Below the pieces are notes generated by a model that ran no database searches, had not been told where the DNA came from, and was given only the letters and a program-made list of their open reading frames with translations. From NCBI RefSeq assembly GCF_009914755.1, contig NC_060930.1: 64,000 nucleotides of DNA. One strand, given 5' to 3'. This document shows, piece after piece, positions 26,258 through 40,000 of the stretch. This DNA is from the human T2T-CHM13v2.0 reference genome, Homo sapiens. The position numbers and the translations under genes were made by a program. Within the stretch, counting starts at the first letter, position 1, and each line of letters starts with the position of its first letter.

Positions 26258-26450
26258 TGACAGAAAGCATTAGTCTGTATCTTTTGTAGCAACTTCAGCT
26301 TTCCTGAACTTCATACTATATCTAAAAGGAGCAATGACTTTCAGTGAAAAGAGAATCCATAGTTAGCAGATGATTTGGATGCACGTGATTTTTATTTAAT
26401 ATTGATTGCATATTGGGGTTATATGTTTGGGATTTTTAGCTTTTAAATAG

Positions 26451-26517
26451 AGGATACATGGTGTTTTCAAAGTCAACATTGTGGATCATGAGAGGAACCT
26501 GGAAGAACAACTTCTGA
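26451..26517 (+). CDS. Putative coding end of a terminal exon of an unidentified gene; frame uncertain (GYMVFSKSTLWIMRGTWKNNF* shown; other frames stop at 26491 and 26651)
   Basis: T-rich acceptor gatttttagcttttaaatag, then a shift to balanced-composition unique sequence with 3'UTR hallmarks downstream. Confidence 0.4.
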
Positions 26518-27995
26518 ATCAGCTGACACTGCGATCAAGAAGCCCAGGTACTACAGAACAGGAACAATCTGCCATGTGTGTTTACAACTTCAGAAAGCCC
26601 TGGAATGACAGTTGCCAGGGCAGTTCTTCTGAATTTGCAGGTCAGAATTAGTGGATGATGAATTTTTTTCACACATGGTCAACTCTGTGCCACCTGCTAC
26701 AAGATGTTGGAACAGGTATATTTATTTATTTAATGATGATCAATGATTCTTCCAACATCAGGGAACATCAGGGAAATCAGCTAGTATATGCTCTTTTTGA
26801 GGATTTTCAGCTCCAAATCCTGAAAGCATTCATGAAACTACATAAATTACTTTTGTTAAGCAAATCATCATAAGTAAATCCAGTCATATGAATCTGGAAG
26901 GATTTGCTGGTGGGCACTAACACTGACCACATGTTTCAGTGTGGGCAAGTTTACCATCCATCACGGATTTTGTGCTTGGTGAATTGTAGGGAGTGAAAGA
27001 GAGAAGGATGTTTGGCCCAGTTGTCTTTTTTACCTATATCTGAAATTCTCACTTAGTCAAGAACAAAACATTTAGACATTTCATTTCCTTTTGGGGTTTT
27101 AGTGATACATGTTTAAAATTGTATATTTAGAGAAAATTGTTTTTATTATATATAATTTATAAATTCAGTGGAGAGACAAATTTATACTGAGAAAATATTT
27201 AATATGAAGTATAGTTGTCTCTCTCACACACACAGACAAACACAAACATATATATAGCATCTGAAACTCTGCAGAAAATGTTTCAACCCACTCCCACATT
27301 CACTTTGAAGGGAGTGAAATTTAGATAAGTAGGGAATAAAATTGATAATAGGGGAAATTTAAGAGCTGAGTATTTATTGATATGGTTTTCTAACACCCAG
27401 ATCTAGCCCCCGGATCACATAAGCACTTTAAGTACATTAAAATTTCTATGCAAGTATGTGATCTAGCATTATCATTTGCCAAGGTGACACCCAGCTCATA
27501 GAGGAACCATAAATCTATCAAGTACAAAAGGATTAAACAATATCCTCAAATGCAAATCAAATTGGAGTCTAGGCTAAAGACTCATCATTTTCAGATCTAT
27601 GTTTGGATTACTTTCATTATTTGCCATTTAATTAATTTCTCTATATTCTTCTATCTCCTAATGTAGTCTGAGGTGCGCATCATATTGCCCTTTTTGTAAC
27701 AAGAAGGATTATCCCAGTTTTGAAAACTATGACATAAGTAAAGGAAAACCAAATGATCAAAAAAAAAAAAAAAAAAGAAAAAATATTTGTCTGCTTCTCC
27801 TTGACATGTCATAGAAAAGGTAAAATAACAAAATAATAGGATAAAATTTCTAAAACAATAATAACTATTAGTTATGAGTTAAAATGTTGTTCATTTGATG
27901 CCTGTAGTGTTTGGTTTAAATTTTCATTTCACTGTTGCCTTTAAAGTTAGACTGTAAACAAATACCTTAATAAAGCAACCAGGAGACTGTGACTT
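26518..27995 (+). other. Putative 3'UTR
   Basis: ~1.5 kb with no recognisable transposon; ATTTATTTATTTA at 26720-26732; GCACTTTA at 27423-27430; ends at a canonical polyA signal. Confidence 0.5.
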
Positions 27996-28005
27996 GTGTT
28001 TTGGT
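27969..28005 (+). terminator. Polyadenylation signal AATAAA with GU-rich downstream element
   Basis: AATAAA at 27969-27974, upstream TGTA at 27903 and 27953, downstream tgtgacttgtgttttggt. Confidence 0.6.
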
Positions 28006-28020
28006 AGTAATTATATATTC

Positions 28021-28034
28021 CCACCAGATGGCAG
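28021..28034 (+). promoter_or_regulatory. CTCF core motif
   Basis: CCACCAGATGGCAG matches CCASYAGRKGGCRS at all 14 positions. Confidence 0.65.
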
Positions 28035-28841
28035 TCTTCCCTGGCTCTTGGCAACTACCTTTCAGAGTGTAGCTACTCCTGGCTGAGGAAGCAGTGTCAT
28101 TATATCTATGCACTTAGTTTGAATATGGGAAATCTGCCAGGATTTCATGGCTTTAGGATTAAATGTCTGTCATTTGAAAAGAGACTTCCATGGACAGAGG
28201 TTTTTATTTTTTCAAGTCATACATATATCTTCAGGACAAAGGCTATTTACATAAACTCCAGGCTTAAGTTGAGCCTCTCAAGATCACAGTTGGCACCTTT
28301 TCTTGATGCTCAGGACTCCAAGAGGCTGGTAAATGCACTAGTGAATGTTTCAGAGTATTGTGTTTCTTAAAGCAGAGCCAAGTAAGTATTCAAATGCCAC
28401 CCATATCTCAAGTATTCTCATCTAATCTTAGCTCCTGGAATATTTACTTAAAACATTTTCATTTTCTTGGCAAAGAGCTATGTAAATACATTTAATTTTA
28501 CCTTTTTTAATACATATTTCCCTGAGATCTTGCCTAACATGTTATATTTGAGGATTTTACTCACTACATGGGCACAAATATATCATAAACTAATTCAAGA
28601 ATAAAAATCTTATCACAATGATGAGTGACGTTTGCATTCAGGAGTCATAAACAACTGAGAATTAATCAACTCCCTCTTTACTACTAGAGAGAACCTTAAT
28701 GTGTTTTTTAACTTATTTTTAATTTGTACCTCTAACAAATTCATACCCCTGACATGGATCAGTATTAGTGGATGGCTTTTTCAAGACAGGAATTCACATA
28801 ATCTTAGATACTGTTTATACTTTATACAACGTGCTTGTGCA

Positions 28842-28864
28842 GGGAAAAGGGCGGGGCTTTAGGG
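28842..28864 (+). other. Canonical G-quadruplex motif containing a GC box
   Basis: GGG-AAAA-GGG-C-GGGG-CTTTA-GGG. Confidence 0.55.
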
Positions 28865-29807
28865 AAAGAGACTTCAAGGAAGGGCATGATGGTGACTCAG
28901 GGAGATACATCTGGAGTGGGCCTCTATCCTTCTTACCTTGGTTTTGTTCTACTTATAACTAATAGAAGCATGAGCTGTTGAACAAAGCTACGGGTAAATC
29001 CTACCCTGGCCTAAGGTCTCATTCTCTCCCCTCACTCCCACTCAATAATATAGTATGCTGTAATTCTAGAGGGTATAAGCCATTTTAATATGCATAATAT
29101 AAAGCAAGAATTCAGTATAAATTTAAGTAAAAAAATACTCATTACCCAGAGCAAAATTCACTGTGATCCACAGAGAATCAGACTGTAATCCAATTGCCAA
29201 ATAATGTAGCATATGTGGATACAATCATGCATAGAAAAGGAATATTTTCTATGGCTGGAGAATTTGAGGCCAAATTATTTAGGCAAACAAAGCAACATGG
29301 AAAGGCCTTAGTGTGGTTTAGGGCAGTTGAAACTGAGAAAGTTCTATCTTATTACAATAGCAAAGAGTTACAAGGTTTTTCATATACAACTAGAGTTGTC
29401 AATTTAACTTCTCTAACTCCTCTATAACTCCATTGCTATTGCCCACATTGTAAATTCCAGACTACTACCTACGACCTTGACGATTATTCTGCAACTCCAT
29501 TTCACCCCTCCCCTTCTATGCTTTGCTTTGTAATTCCCTGAGTAAGCCCTGACTTTGCTTATTTTCAAGTCTGTCTGGCTAGATGGTGTGCTCTTGGAAG
29601 TCTTTCTACTTGATAACCTTGGAAATTTCCGTTTAGCCCTTGAGACATAAGTGGTGAATTAATCAGTTAAATAACTCATGAGAGGTTTTCTGTCTAGGAC
29701 ATTTCTGTACAATTTCAAAATGCCTGGAATATATATAAATATTCATATTGATATGAACCGCTATGTCCATAGCTGATAATTCCAAGTTAATTCCTTGGTA
29801 AGTCCGG

Positions 29808-30116
29808 TGTATTATATTAGTTTCCTAGGGCTGTTATAGCCAATTACCACAAACAGGGTGGCCTAATTAAAAATATATATATTCTTTAAAAGTTCTGGAG
29901 GTCAGAAGTTTGGTATTCCTTTGCTCATGGCTGCACCATTGCAAGCCCTGTCTTCATCTTCACATTGACTTTTCTGTGCTTGTGTGCATCTAAACTCCCT
30001 CAGCCTCTCTCTTCTAAGAATATTGTGATGGCATTCACAGTCCACCCACCACTCCATGACAAACACCCCTTCTCAAGATCCTTAATCACATGTTTTGCCA
30101 TATAAAAGAATATTCA
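29808..30116 (-). mobile_element. MLT1 (B/C-like) MaLR LTR
   Basis: attagtttcctagggctgttatagccaattaccacaaac...agttctggaggtcagaagt...tctcaagatccttaatcaca. Confidence 0.9.
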
Positions 30117-30274
30117 AGAAGAGTCAAAAGAGAAGCATTTGGGAACTAGGTCAGAAAGTGAATAAGAAGCCCAAGATAAAAAATGAATTTCAATTCCAAG
30201 GAACAAAGAGTTGAGAGAGAGACAGAGAGCAAGAGTGAAGAAATTATGGGAAAAAAAATAAGAAATTATTTCTA

Positions 30275-30573
30275 GGCCAGGCCCAGTGGCTCACACTTGT
30301 AATCCCAGCACTTTGGGAGGCCAAGGCAGGCGGATAACGAGGTCAGGAGATTGAGACCATCCTGGCTAAAGTAGACCATCTCTACTAAAAATACAAAAAA
30401 TTAGCCGGGTGTGGTGGCAGGCGCCTGTAGTCGCAGCTGCTAGGGAGGCTGAGGCAGGAGAATGGTGTGAACCCGGGAGGCGAGCTTACTGTGAGCCGAG
30501 ATAGCACCACTGCACGCTAGCCTGGGCGACAGAGCGAGACTCCTTCTCGTAAAAAGAAGAAAAAGAAAAAGGA
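30275..30573 (+). mobile_element. AluY
   Basis: gagaatggtgtgaacccgggagg diagnostic; 15-bp TSD aagaaattatttc(t/c)a at 30260-30274 and 30574-30588. Confidence 0.95.
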
Positions 30574-32879
30574 AAGAAATTATTTCCAGCTGCCTTTGAG
30601 GGCTCAGAATAAATGAAGAACCAGCCAGTTGGGAGGAGGAGGTGATCATGTGAAACAGAGTAGCCTATTTAATGCTGTACCGTAACAAATCGTGGCAAGC
30701 ATGTCACTTAAATGAGATTTGGTATGAATCCGCAATTTGCTACTTTTCTGATATTCCTGTCTAAGGTTCCACTATGAATAGTCAAAAATACAGAGTGGTT
30801 CTTAATACCATTAACTGCAGGGCTGACATTCGCTGGCGTGCACTGTTGAAGAGCAGACATGCATCCATTCTCAATAACTGGGCTCTGATTGGCCAGTGCC
30901 CATGTCAATTTTCTCCAGAATCATCTCTGGCTGTACCCACGGGCATGTAAGGACAGGGTTGGAAAAGAGCCATTGGAGAAGAGAGCCCTGGACCTTGAGG
31001 TAGAAATAATTCTCCCCTGATTCCTCCAGGGAAAGAAGGAGGAAATTAATTAGAGCAGTGGCAACAGGAACCTAATTGATTTTTTTTTCCTGCTTTGTAG
31101 GTCTTTTCTGGGCAGGTGGGAACAAAGGACATTTAAAATCATTTAAAATCCCCGTGAAATTAAGTGCTGGAAACTCAAACACCTTCAGAGCCCATGAAGC
31201 AGGACTCAAGATAGAGAATGGAGAAAAAACTAAGGATCATATTTGTGACTGATTCTATGGCTGAAGTTACCCGTTTGTGACCCCTGGTAGATAGCCTCTA
31301 GTGGATTTAAATGTTGCTAAAAAAAACTTTATTGGATGTAAAATTCAAACTGTGATTATTTTTAAAATGCAACAAATGTGATTTAATCAAACTCAACTGC
31401 ATAGTCAGTCCAACTGGTTCTCCTGAAAGTGGTTCTTAACTGGCCTGAAACTTCCCAATGTCATCAAAAAGGGTGACCATATATAAGTCCAGGCTTGTTT
31501 TGCTGACATGCTTTGGACGACATGAGAACGTAAATAACGGCCATTTTTTTCTTTAGCTATCCGAAAATAAAGCTAGTATGTGCTTACAAATAGCTGTGGA
31601 GAAGAAGAGAATTTATATATTCAAGCAATCTGTGATGAACATAGCATTATACCTCCAGAGAGCATTTACGAGTCACTAGAACTCCGCTATATAAACTATA
31701 AACCACTTACTACTATCTTTTCTTAAGTAAAAAGAAATAAAAATTTAGGGGACATTTTGTGACATATATTTTTTATATTACCAGTAAGTGCTCTAAAATT
31801 CAAAAAGCTTCTTAAAAATTTTGCTCTTGTAATAATGTTTGAAAATATTTCCACTTCTCTCTTACCCTCCATCATACACAGAGAAACATTTGCACATTTA
31901 CTTCCCCACACCTGAAAAGTACTTAAATTTTATAGATAACATCTATTAGAACCCAGTAAAACCCTACAAATACTGTAGCTCTGTAGGAAATTCTGTTTTA
32001 AATATTCAAACATAGTATCCAACTTTACTATTTCTCAGCAAATATGTGGTTTATAGGCACAGAAGCAGCAAAAGCTAGCAGTTCACAACCCATAAGTTAT
32101 AAACCTATGCGTAAGCTTACCATTTCCTTTAAACTTGATGTTAAGTTTTCTGGTGCATTTTCAATAACTTTTAAGGGTCAAATAATGGTGTGTACCTCAT
32201 TTAAAATTAAATAATTATTTTTATTTTTCTTGATGTCTCTTCTGATCTTGAAAATAGCTGATAGAACAGCATTGTTTGATGTTGCTTATCAAATTTTATT
32301 TGCAATATTATAGACTTAGAATCATAGAAGGAGGAAAAAATTGCTAGATATATTATGTACCACACTCCATAACAAAATAAAGATGCAAAAATAAACCAAA
32401 GGAGGAGAATAAACCGACTAAGGATATATGACAGCTTCAGAATGAATTAAGGTTTGAAGCACACAAAAATCCAGACGCACAGCAGAAAGTGTTCAACTAG
32501 GTATTTAGAAACTTTGATTTCTTCAGTTATCTAAGTGACCTGTGGAAGTCATTTATGGTTACACTGCCTTTCAGTAAATCCTTTGCTGCACCAGCTTATT
32601 CTCATAACAGAGATCAAATTAATTTCTTAATCTGCAATATAAGAGTAACAGCTACTGGCTGGCCAAAATAATGGGTCAAGGTTACATGAGGCTGCTCAGG
32701 CTAGATATAAGAGAAGGAACCATTAAAATCCATTAGGTGACAGTTGGTCCCAAGCAACTGGCAGTAGCGAAAATGATAAAAGATATTGCTACAGAACAAG
32801 TGAAAACAATTTAAACACATTCTAGGTGGAACAGTCAAGAGGATCACATGAAATACAGGGAGAGTGGGCAAGGAGGATA

Positions 32880-33873
<994 letters not shown>

Positions 33874-35269
33874 AATATGAAGAATATTCCTTCTTGGATT
33901 TTGCAAAAATCATTTATTAAAAAGACCAACATATAGAAGAATAAATTATTTTAGAAATAATATATAGCACATAAAAGGTGATTCATTAAAGAAAGGTGAG
34001 AGAGAAAATGGGCTATTCTCCTGAGAAGGGCAAGCAACCTAATAAGAAATTGGTCCAAAGAACACCAAAAGGCAAAAACATCACTAGGTGACTGTCTTGT
34101 CCAGGTTAAAATAATGATATCTCAGATCCAGTGATGGTTTTGCATTAGAGCCCCTTAATTTTATCACTTGACTGCTACTCTTCTGGGCATAAAACATGCC
34201 AGATACGAAGCCTAAGCCTAGGAAAATGCCATCACCCTCAATTTTTCTCCCACGCAAAGCCAAGTTAAATGAAAAAGTCTGCTTGACATTCAGAAATTTA
34301 CAGATGTGAATGAAATGAAGGGAGAAAGTTCATTTAGAAATATGACTGGTGTTTAAGGGGAGTAAGAGAATGAGATCTCTGGAAAAAGAGTAAGACAGAA
34401 TGGTGATGTTCAGAGGATACACCATTCAGTCCTTAAATGTAATGGGAGTATAAAGGGTTTCTTAGGATAGAGTCTTTTAAGAAAAATGTACAAGTGGTTT
34501 TTTAGTTGCTATGGTATTAGCTTTGCAGGCAGATGCTGAATTCAAACAAAACTATAGACATCTTATTGTGCCCCCAGGCTGCTTCACATATGTGTGATGA
34601 TGAAAAGGATGATGATTAAAACAAATTCTTTTATAAATCTTATCCCAAATTCCTGAGGTACACAATGCATCATAAATGCGAATCATTTATTAGGAATTAT
34701 TTCTGTTGAATACAATATATAAATAGTAAAAAGCAAGTCTGTTTTTCTAGTCATTTCCATGTTATGACTACAGGTATTTCCCTAGGTTAAAGTGCGACTC
34801 ACTAATTTTACTTTGAACAATAAAATATATTATCCTTTAAAATGTTTTTTGTCTAGGAAAAGTAGATAGTAAAGACAAAAAACTGAAATCTGGAAATAAG
34901 ACTTTTATTAAGTATTGAATAAATGTTGACCAAATTTTCAACATCTGGTATCAGGTACAAGGATCAGTGTTGACCCTAGAACAGACTGTTTATTGACTGC
35001 ACCAGGAAATTATTCTCCAGTGAGTTGCAGAATCTTCAACTGTCTTTATTGGGTTTACCAGAGTCTGGCCACTTTGTTCAGGATGTTAAAGAGGGGTTTA
35101 TTCTTTGGAAATTTTTGGTGGAAACAACATGTGTCTTTTATAGTCTCTTCTTGATCATTTTGTCTCTGTCAATTCCTCAGCCTCTCTTAATATCCTTATG
35201 TTACCCCCAGGCTCTTCATACTGCATCACCTCCAAGAAATGTACAATTGAAAATAATGAGTGAAGACTA

Positions 35270-35958
35270 ACAGTGACATCTGCACTTCCATGTTCATTGC
35301 AGCATTATTCACAATAGTCAGATTGGGGGACAATCCATATGTCCATCGACAGAAGAATTAAGAAAGAAAATGGGATATATTCATACAATGAAATATTATT
35401 CAGCCTTTAAAAAGAAGGAAATCTTATCATTTGTGACAACATGGATGGACCTGGAAGGCATCACACTTAATGAAATAAGTCAGTCACAGAAGGACAAATA
35501 CTGCATGATTCCACTTACATGAGGTATCTAAAATGGTCAAACTTGTGAAAACAAGAAAAAGAATACTGATTGCAAGGGGATAAGAGGAGACATGAGGTGT
35601 TCTTGTTCAATGAATATAAAGTTACAGTCATGCAAGATGGGTAAATTATAGATATATGCTCTACAATATAGTGCCTGTGGTTAACGATACAATCCTGTGC
35701 ATTTACAGATTTAAAAGGGTAGATCCCATGTCAAGTGTACTTACACACACATACACACACACACACACACATTAGCAAAAAGATTCAAGGAGACTTTTGG
35801 AGGTGATGAATATGTTTATCACCTTGATTGAGATATAATTGTAATATCAAGGGTGTTTACTTATGTATATCCAGACTCTTCAAATGGTATACCTTAAATA
35901 TGTACAGTTTTATTGTATATCAATTATATCTCAAAAAAGTTGCCAAAAGAAAAAAGAA
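35270..35958 (+). mobile_element. L1MB1/2-like 3' end with (CA)n at 35743-35771
   Basis: catgttcattgcagcattattcacaatag...ggacaaatactgcatgattccacttacatgagg...caattatatctcaa. Confidence 0.9.
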
Positions 35959-37054
35959 ATGAAACAATGGAACTTATGTCAACATGGCTCCTGAGCTTAG
36001 AGATATTTAAACAATACTCTCTTTAATGCCACAAAACAATCAGACAAGTTGATACAAATCTAACTTTGAGGACCTTAAATTATTTCCCAACCCTTATGGA
36101 AAGCATTTTGAAAATGTGTTTCAAGGACTTTAAATATGACTGAACACTTGACCAATAATTCTACTGGTGGAAAATATGCCTAAGCAATTAATCTTAAATC
36201 TAAAATGCTTTATAGAGAAAAATTAGAAACAACCATTAAATTGACAATCAAAATGCCCAAATAATGCAGAATAGGGAAATTGTGGTGAATTCATAAGGTA
36301 GATACTTAAAGACATCAAAAAAGTTGACATATGATGTTTATAAATATCTTTATGCTATAATTTTACATGGAAAGAGCAAATAACAGTATGGATATGGCAT
36401 TACAATGTACCTGTACTACGATATCAAACTACAAGTACTGGTCTGTTGCTATCAACATAATATATTGGTATTATGCCCTGTGGGTGAATTTGGGGTCCAG
36501 TTCTATTTCAACATATTTAACTATGTTCTCTTTAGTGCAATGGAAAAAAATTTGTGAGACTATAGGTTGTTTCCTGACAGAAAGATGAGTGAAATAACAT
36601 CCACACCAGTTCAATCTTCTATCATTAGTCTTTATTTTTGTTTTTTGTTTTAGTTCTGTAATTGTGGAACACAGATAATTAGCTAATTGCTATACATGTT
36701 CAAAAATCTGGTTACTCTACAGAATATGTGCACTCACAAAAGACCTGCTTGGTTTCTATTAAGGTGAGAATCATACCTGTGAATTCTCTTGCTTTGAAGA
36801 ATTTAACACATTATGTTTACTTAAAGGGAAAAGTTTTTAACTTATTGTTTAAACCTATTCTCCTTGATTTATAAATATGAGTAGAATTCTCAAAGATTAT
36901 TCATACTACTAGAATAAGCTTTAGAGCATAAATTGTTTGATATTAGTACGCATGTTTAGAACATTGAAACTATTTGTTTCCAACTCAGTTTATACCCAGC
37001 TATTTCTCCTCGTCTTCCCAAGTATTTCTTTGACTTGTTCTACTTCCAAGGAAT

Positions 37055-37292
37055 AATTATCTATTATATAACATTAAGTTTGAAAGAAAACCCAAAATAT
37101 TAATGGCTTAATGAAGATATTCAATTTCTGTTTCACTGAAAAATATAATAGAGGTAGGCTGTCCAGGGTAAGCTGCAAGAGATGCTGTGAAAGACAGTAT
37201 TTATGCTAGAAGCCATACCCTAAAAATCAGGGATTCTATACTACTAAGGAGGAAGCAAAGAACAATTAGGAAACTATTAGCAATCTGCCACA
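37055..37292 (-). mobile_element. Old MLT1 (J/K-like) LTR fragment
   Basis: cccaaaatattaatggcttaa...aaatcagggattct...tagcaatctgccaca. Confidence 0.55.
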
Positions 37293-37299
37293 CAGACAC

Positions 37300-37378
37300 T
37301 GCTCTTTACTATATTCCTATAGTATCTAGCACAGTGCTTTGCACAAAATAAATGCACAAGAAATATTTGATTAATATT
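37300..37378 (+). mobile_element. L2 3' terminus
   Basis: agtatctagcacagtgctttgcacaaaataaatgcacaagaaatatttg. Confidence 0.75.
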
Positions 37379-37614
37379 AACTTTAAAATTTAATTCAACT
37401 GAGTTAAGATTATTCAATCACAAATTTGGTAATATGATCTAGTTATTTATATCAAGTAACAAATCAACGATGTGCTAAAAGATTTAACAAGGGTACACTA
37501 TATATTGTTATTGTTTTTAATACTAAAAAATTAGATTAGAAACAATAAATGATGAATAAGATTGATTATATATTCAATATAGATTTGTTATACATATATT
37601 TTATTTTATATTGT

Positions 37615-38400
37615 AGAGATCTATAATTATATATTATTATATAATTATATTATATATAATTATATATTATTATATAATTATATTATATATAATTATATAT
37701 TATTATATAATTATATTATATATAATTATATATTATTATATAATTATATTATATATAATTATATATTATTATATAATTATATTATATAAAATTATATATA
37801 GATATCTATAATTATATTATATATAATTATATATAGATATCTATAATTATATTATATATAATTATATATAGATATCTATAATTATATTATATATAATTAT
37901 ATATAGATATAATTATAGATATCTATATTTATATTATATATAATTGTATATAGATATCTATAATTATATTATATATAATTATATATAGATATCTATAATT
38001 ATATTATATATAATTGTATATAGATATCTATAATTATATTATATAAAATTGTATATAGATATCTATAATTATATTATATAAAATTGTATATAGATATCTA
38101 TAATTATATTATATATAATTATAGATATCTATAATTACAGATATCTATCATATCTGCATATTATATTATATGCACATTATATGCATATTATAGCTATCTA
38201 TAATTATAGCTATCTCTATATTACATATAGAGATATCTATCTGTTAATGGTATATAATTATAAATATCTATATCATATAATATATAGATACAATTATAGA
38301 TATATAATATAATATTATATTATATATTATAGATATAGATTTATCATATATTATAGATGTAGATATGAATTATAGATATATTTACAACATATCTATAAAA
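37615..38400. repeat. AT-rich bipartite minisatellite: ~5 x 33-bp unit, then ~9 x 35-bp unit, then a degenerate tail
   Basis: 33-bp period from 37622; 35-bp period gatatctataattatattatatataattatatata from 37801. Confidence 0.95.
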
Positions 38401-39136
38401 TTTATTATGCCTAGACAATGTTAAATTTATATTAAAGTAATTGAAAAGAGTGAATTACAAATCAGATTGAGCAGAGGGAAAGAAACTGAAAGAAGATTCA
38501 TCAAAATTGTTAAGGTAATTAACCATCTATTGAATTACAGGGAAGTTTATGTTCATGTTTGTTTATCCTTTTAAAAAATCTTTTCCCATGATAATCATTT
38601 TTGCATAAAAGACTACTCATAAGATAAAGTTATTTTTAAAAATATAGTGGGATAATATGTAATGTTAGCATCAAAAGAAGATAGTGTTCATAATTCACAC
38701 TAAATATTCTTCACAGGCCAGCCAAAGGATATTTAACTGACATAATAAATCTGTATCTTACTTTCATTTATTATGTGTGTTTCCCTGATTTTCTCCCATT
38801 CTCTTTTAGACTTTTCTTTTTTTCTGAAACATCCTTACAACACACACATACACTTTTGCACAAAAAGCAAGTTAACTGTAAATGAAGAAAGGAATAAAAG
38901 AATAAACTTCCAAGGAAACCATAACAACTGTTGAAAATGAAAATGGTCTCAAAAAATGTTACATGTTATGAAGATAGCACATGCAAGAAGACACTCAATT
39001 TTTTCCACTTTGTTTTTTGCAATTAGCAATGATGCTGAAGTGGAGCTAATGGCTGGCAGAATCTGCTGCTGTTAGGACAATAGCTTGCCTCTATTAGGTG
39101 GGTTACATCCATTTGAGTTTATTCACTTGAAGAATG

Positions 39137-39567
39137 CCATTTTCTGTTGCTATAACAGTACCTGAGACTGGATAATTTAGAAAGGAGAGAGTTTTATTCT
39201 GGCTCATGGTTCAGGAGTCTGGGAAGTCTAAAAACGAGTGGCTGCATCTGGTCAGCTTCTGGTGATGGCTTCATGCTGTGGCAAAACATGGAGAAGAAGT
39301 GGAAAGGGGGAAGTGGGCACGTGTGAAAAGGGGCAAAACACCAGAGGTAGTCTCACTTTATAACAATCCACTCTCACTGCAACTAATCCAGTCCCATGAG
39401 ATCAAGAACTCACTCACTCTTAAGAAAATTAACCCAGTCCTGCAAGAGCAGTAGTACTTCCTCTTAATGACCTAATCACCTCTTAAAGTCTCCACCTCCT
39501 AATACCATCACACCAGAGATGAAACTTCCAACACATGAATACTGGAGGAGACAGTTAAATCGTAACA
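39137..39567 (-). mobile_element. MST-family (MSTB/MSTC-like) MaLR solo LTR
   Basis: tgttgctataacagtacctgagactggataattta...atgacctaatcacctcttaaag. Confidence 0.9.
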
Positions 39568-39624
39568 AAGGCTCTGCTTTACCAACACACATACTCAAGA
39601 TCTGATAGCCAAATGGAGGTATCA

Positions 39625-40000
39625 TGAATACTTTAGCAAAATGGGAATCAAAAAACAAGACTTTAAAGTTTTTAATCTCAGTTCTGTTACCACTACTACA
39701 AAACCTTGAGAAAGTCACAATCTCTCAGAAACTCAATTTCCAGGTTAACCTATAATAATATAATTATATACTATTTAGATGCTTTATTGAGTTAAAATTT
39801 GATATTCATACCTCAAATTATTTAATAGTGAAAGCAGCCCTGGATTAAAAGCCAGAAGATGTGAGCACCCATCTTAGTTCCATTCTGAACTTTTATTGAT
39901 ATTAGATTAGACAGTGTGTCAGGAACTCACAGTATATCTATAAATGAGGGAGTGGGATAAGATGAACTTTAAGGTCTCATTTAGTTTAACATTCCACAAT
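39625..40000 (+). mobile_element. Two adjacent MIR/MIR3 fragments
   Basis: accttgagaaagtcacaatctctcagaaactcaatttcc; atctataaatgagggagtgggataagatgaactttaaggtc. Confidence 0.6.

Noticed and set aside
26586-26636. SECIS or iron-responsive element interpretation of the 3'UTR hairpin
   Set aside because: Lacks the AUGA/GA quartet with apical AA spacing, and lacks a CAGUGN loop with a C bulge.
37615-38400. CRISPR-like periodicity (33-35 bp units)
   Set aside because: Head-to-tail tandem units without unique spacers, no cas genes, eukaryotic context.
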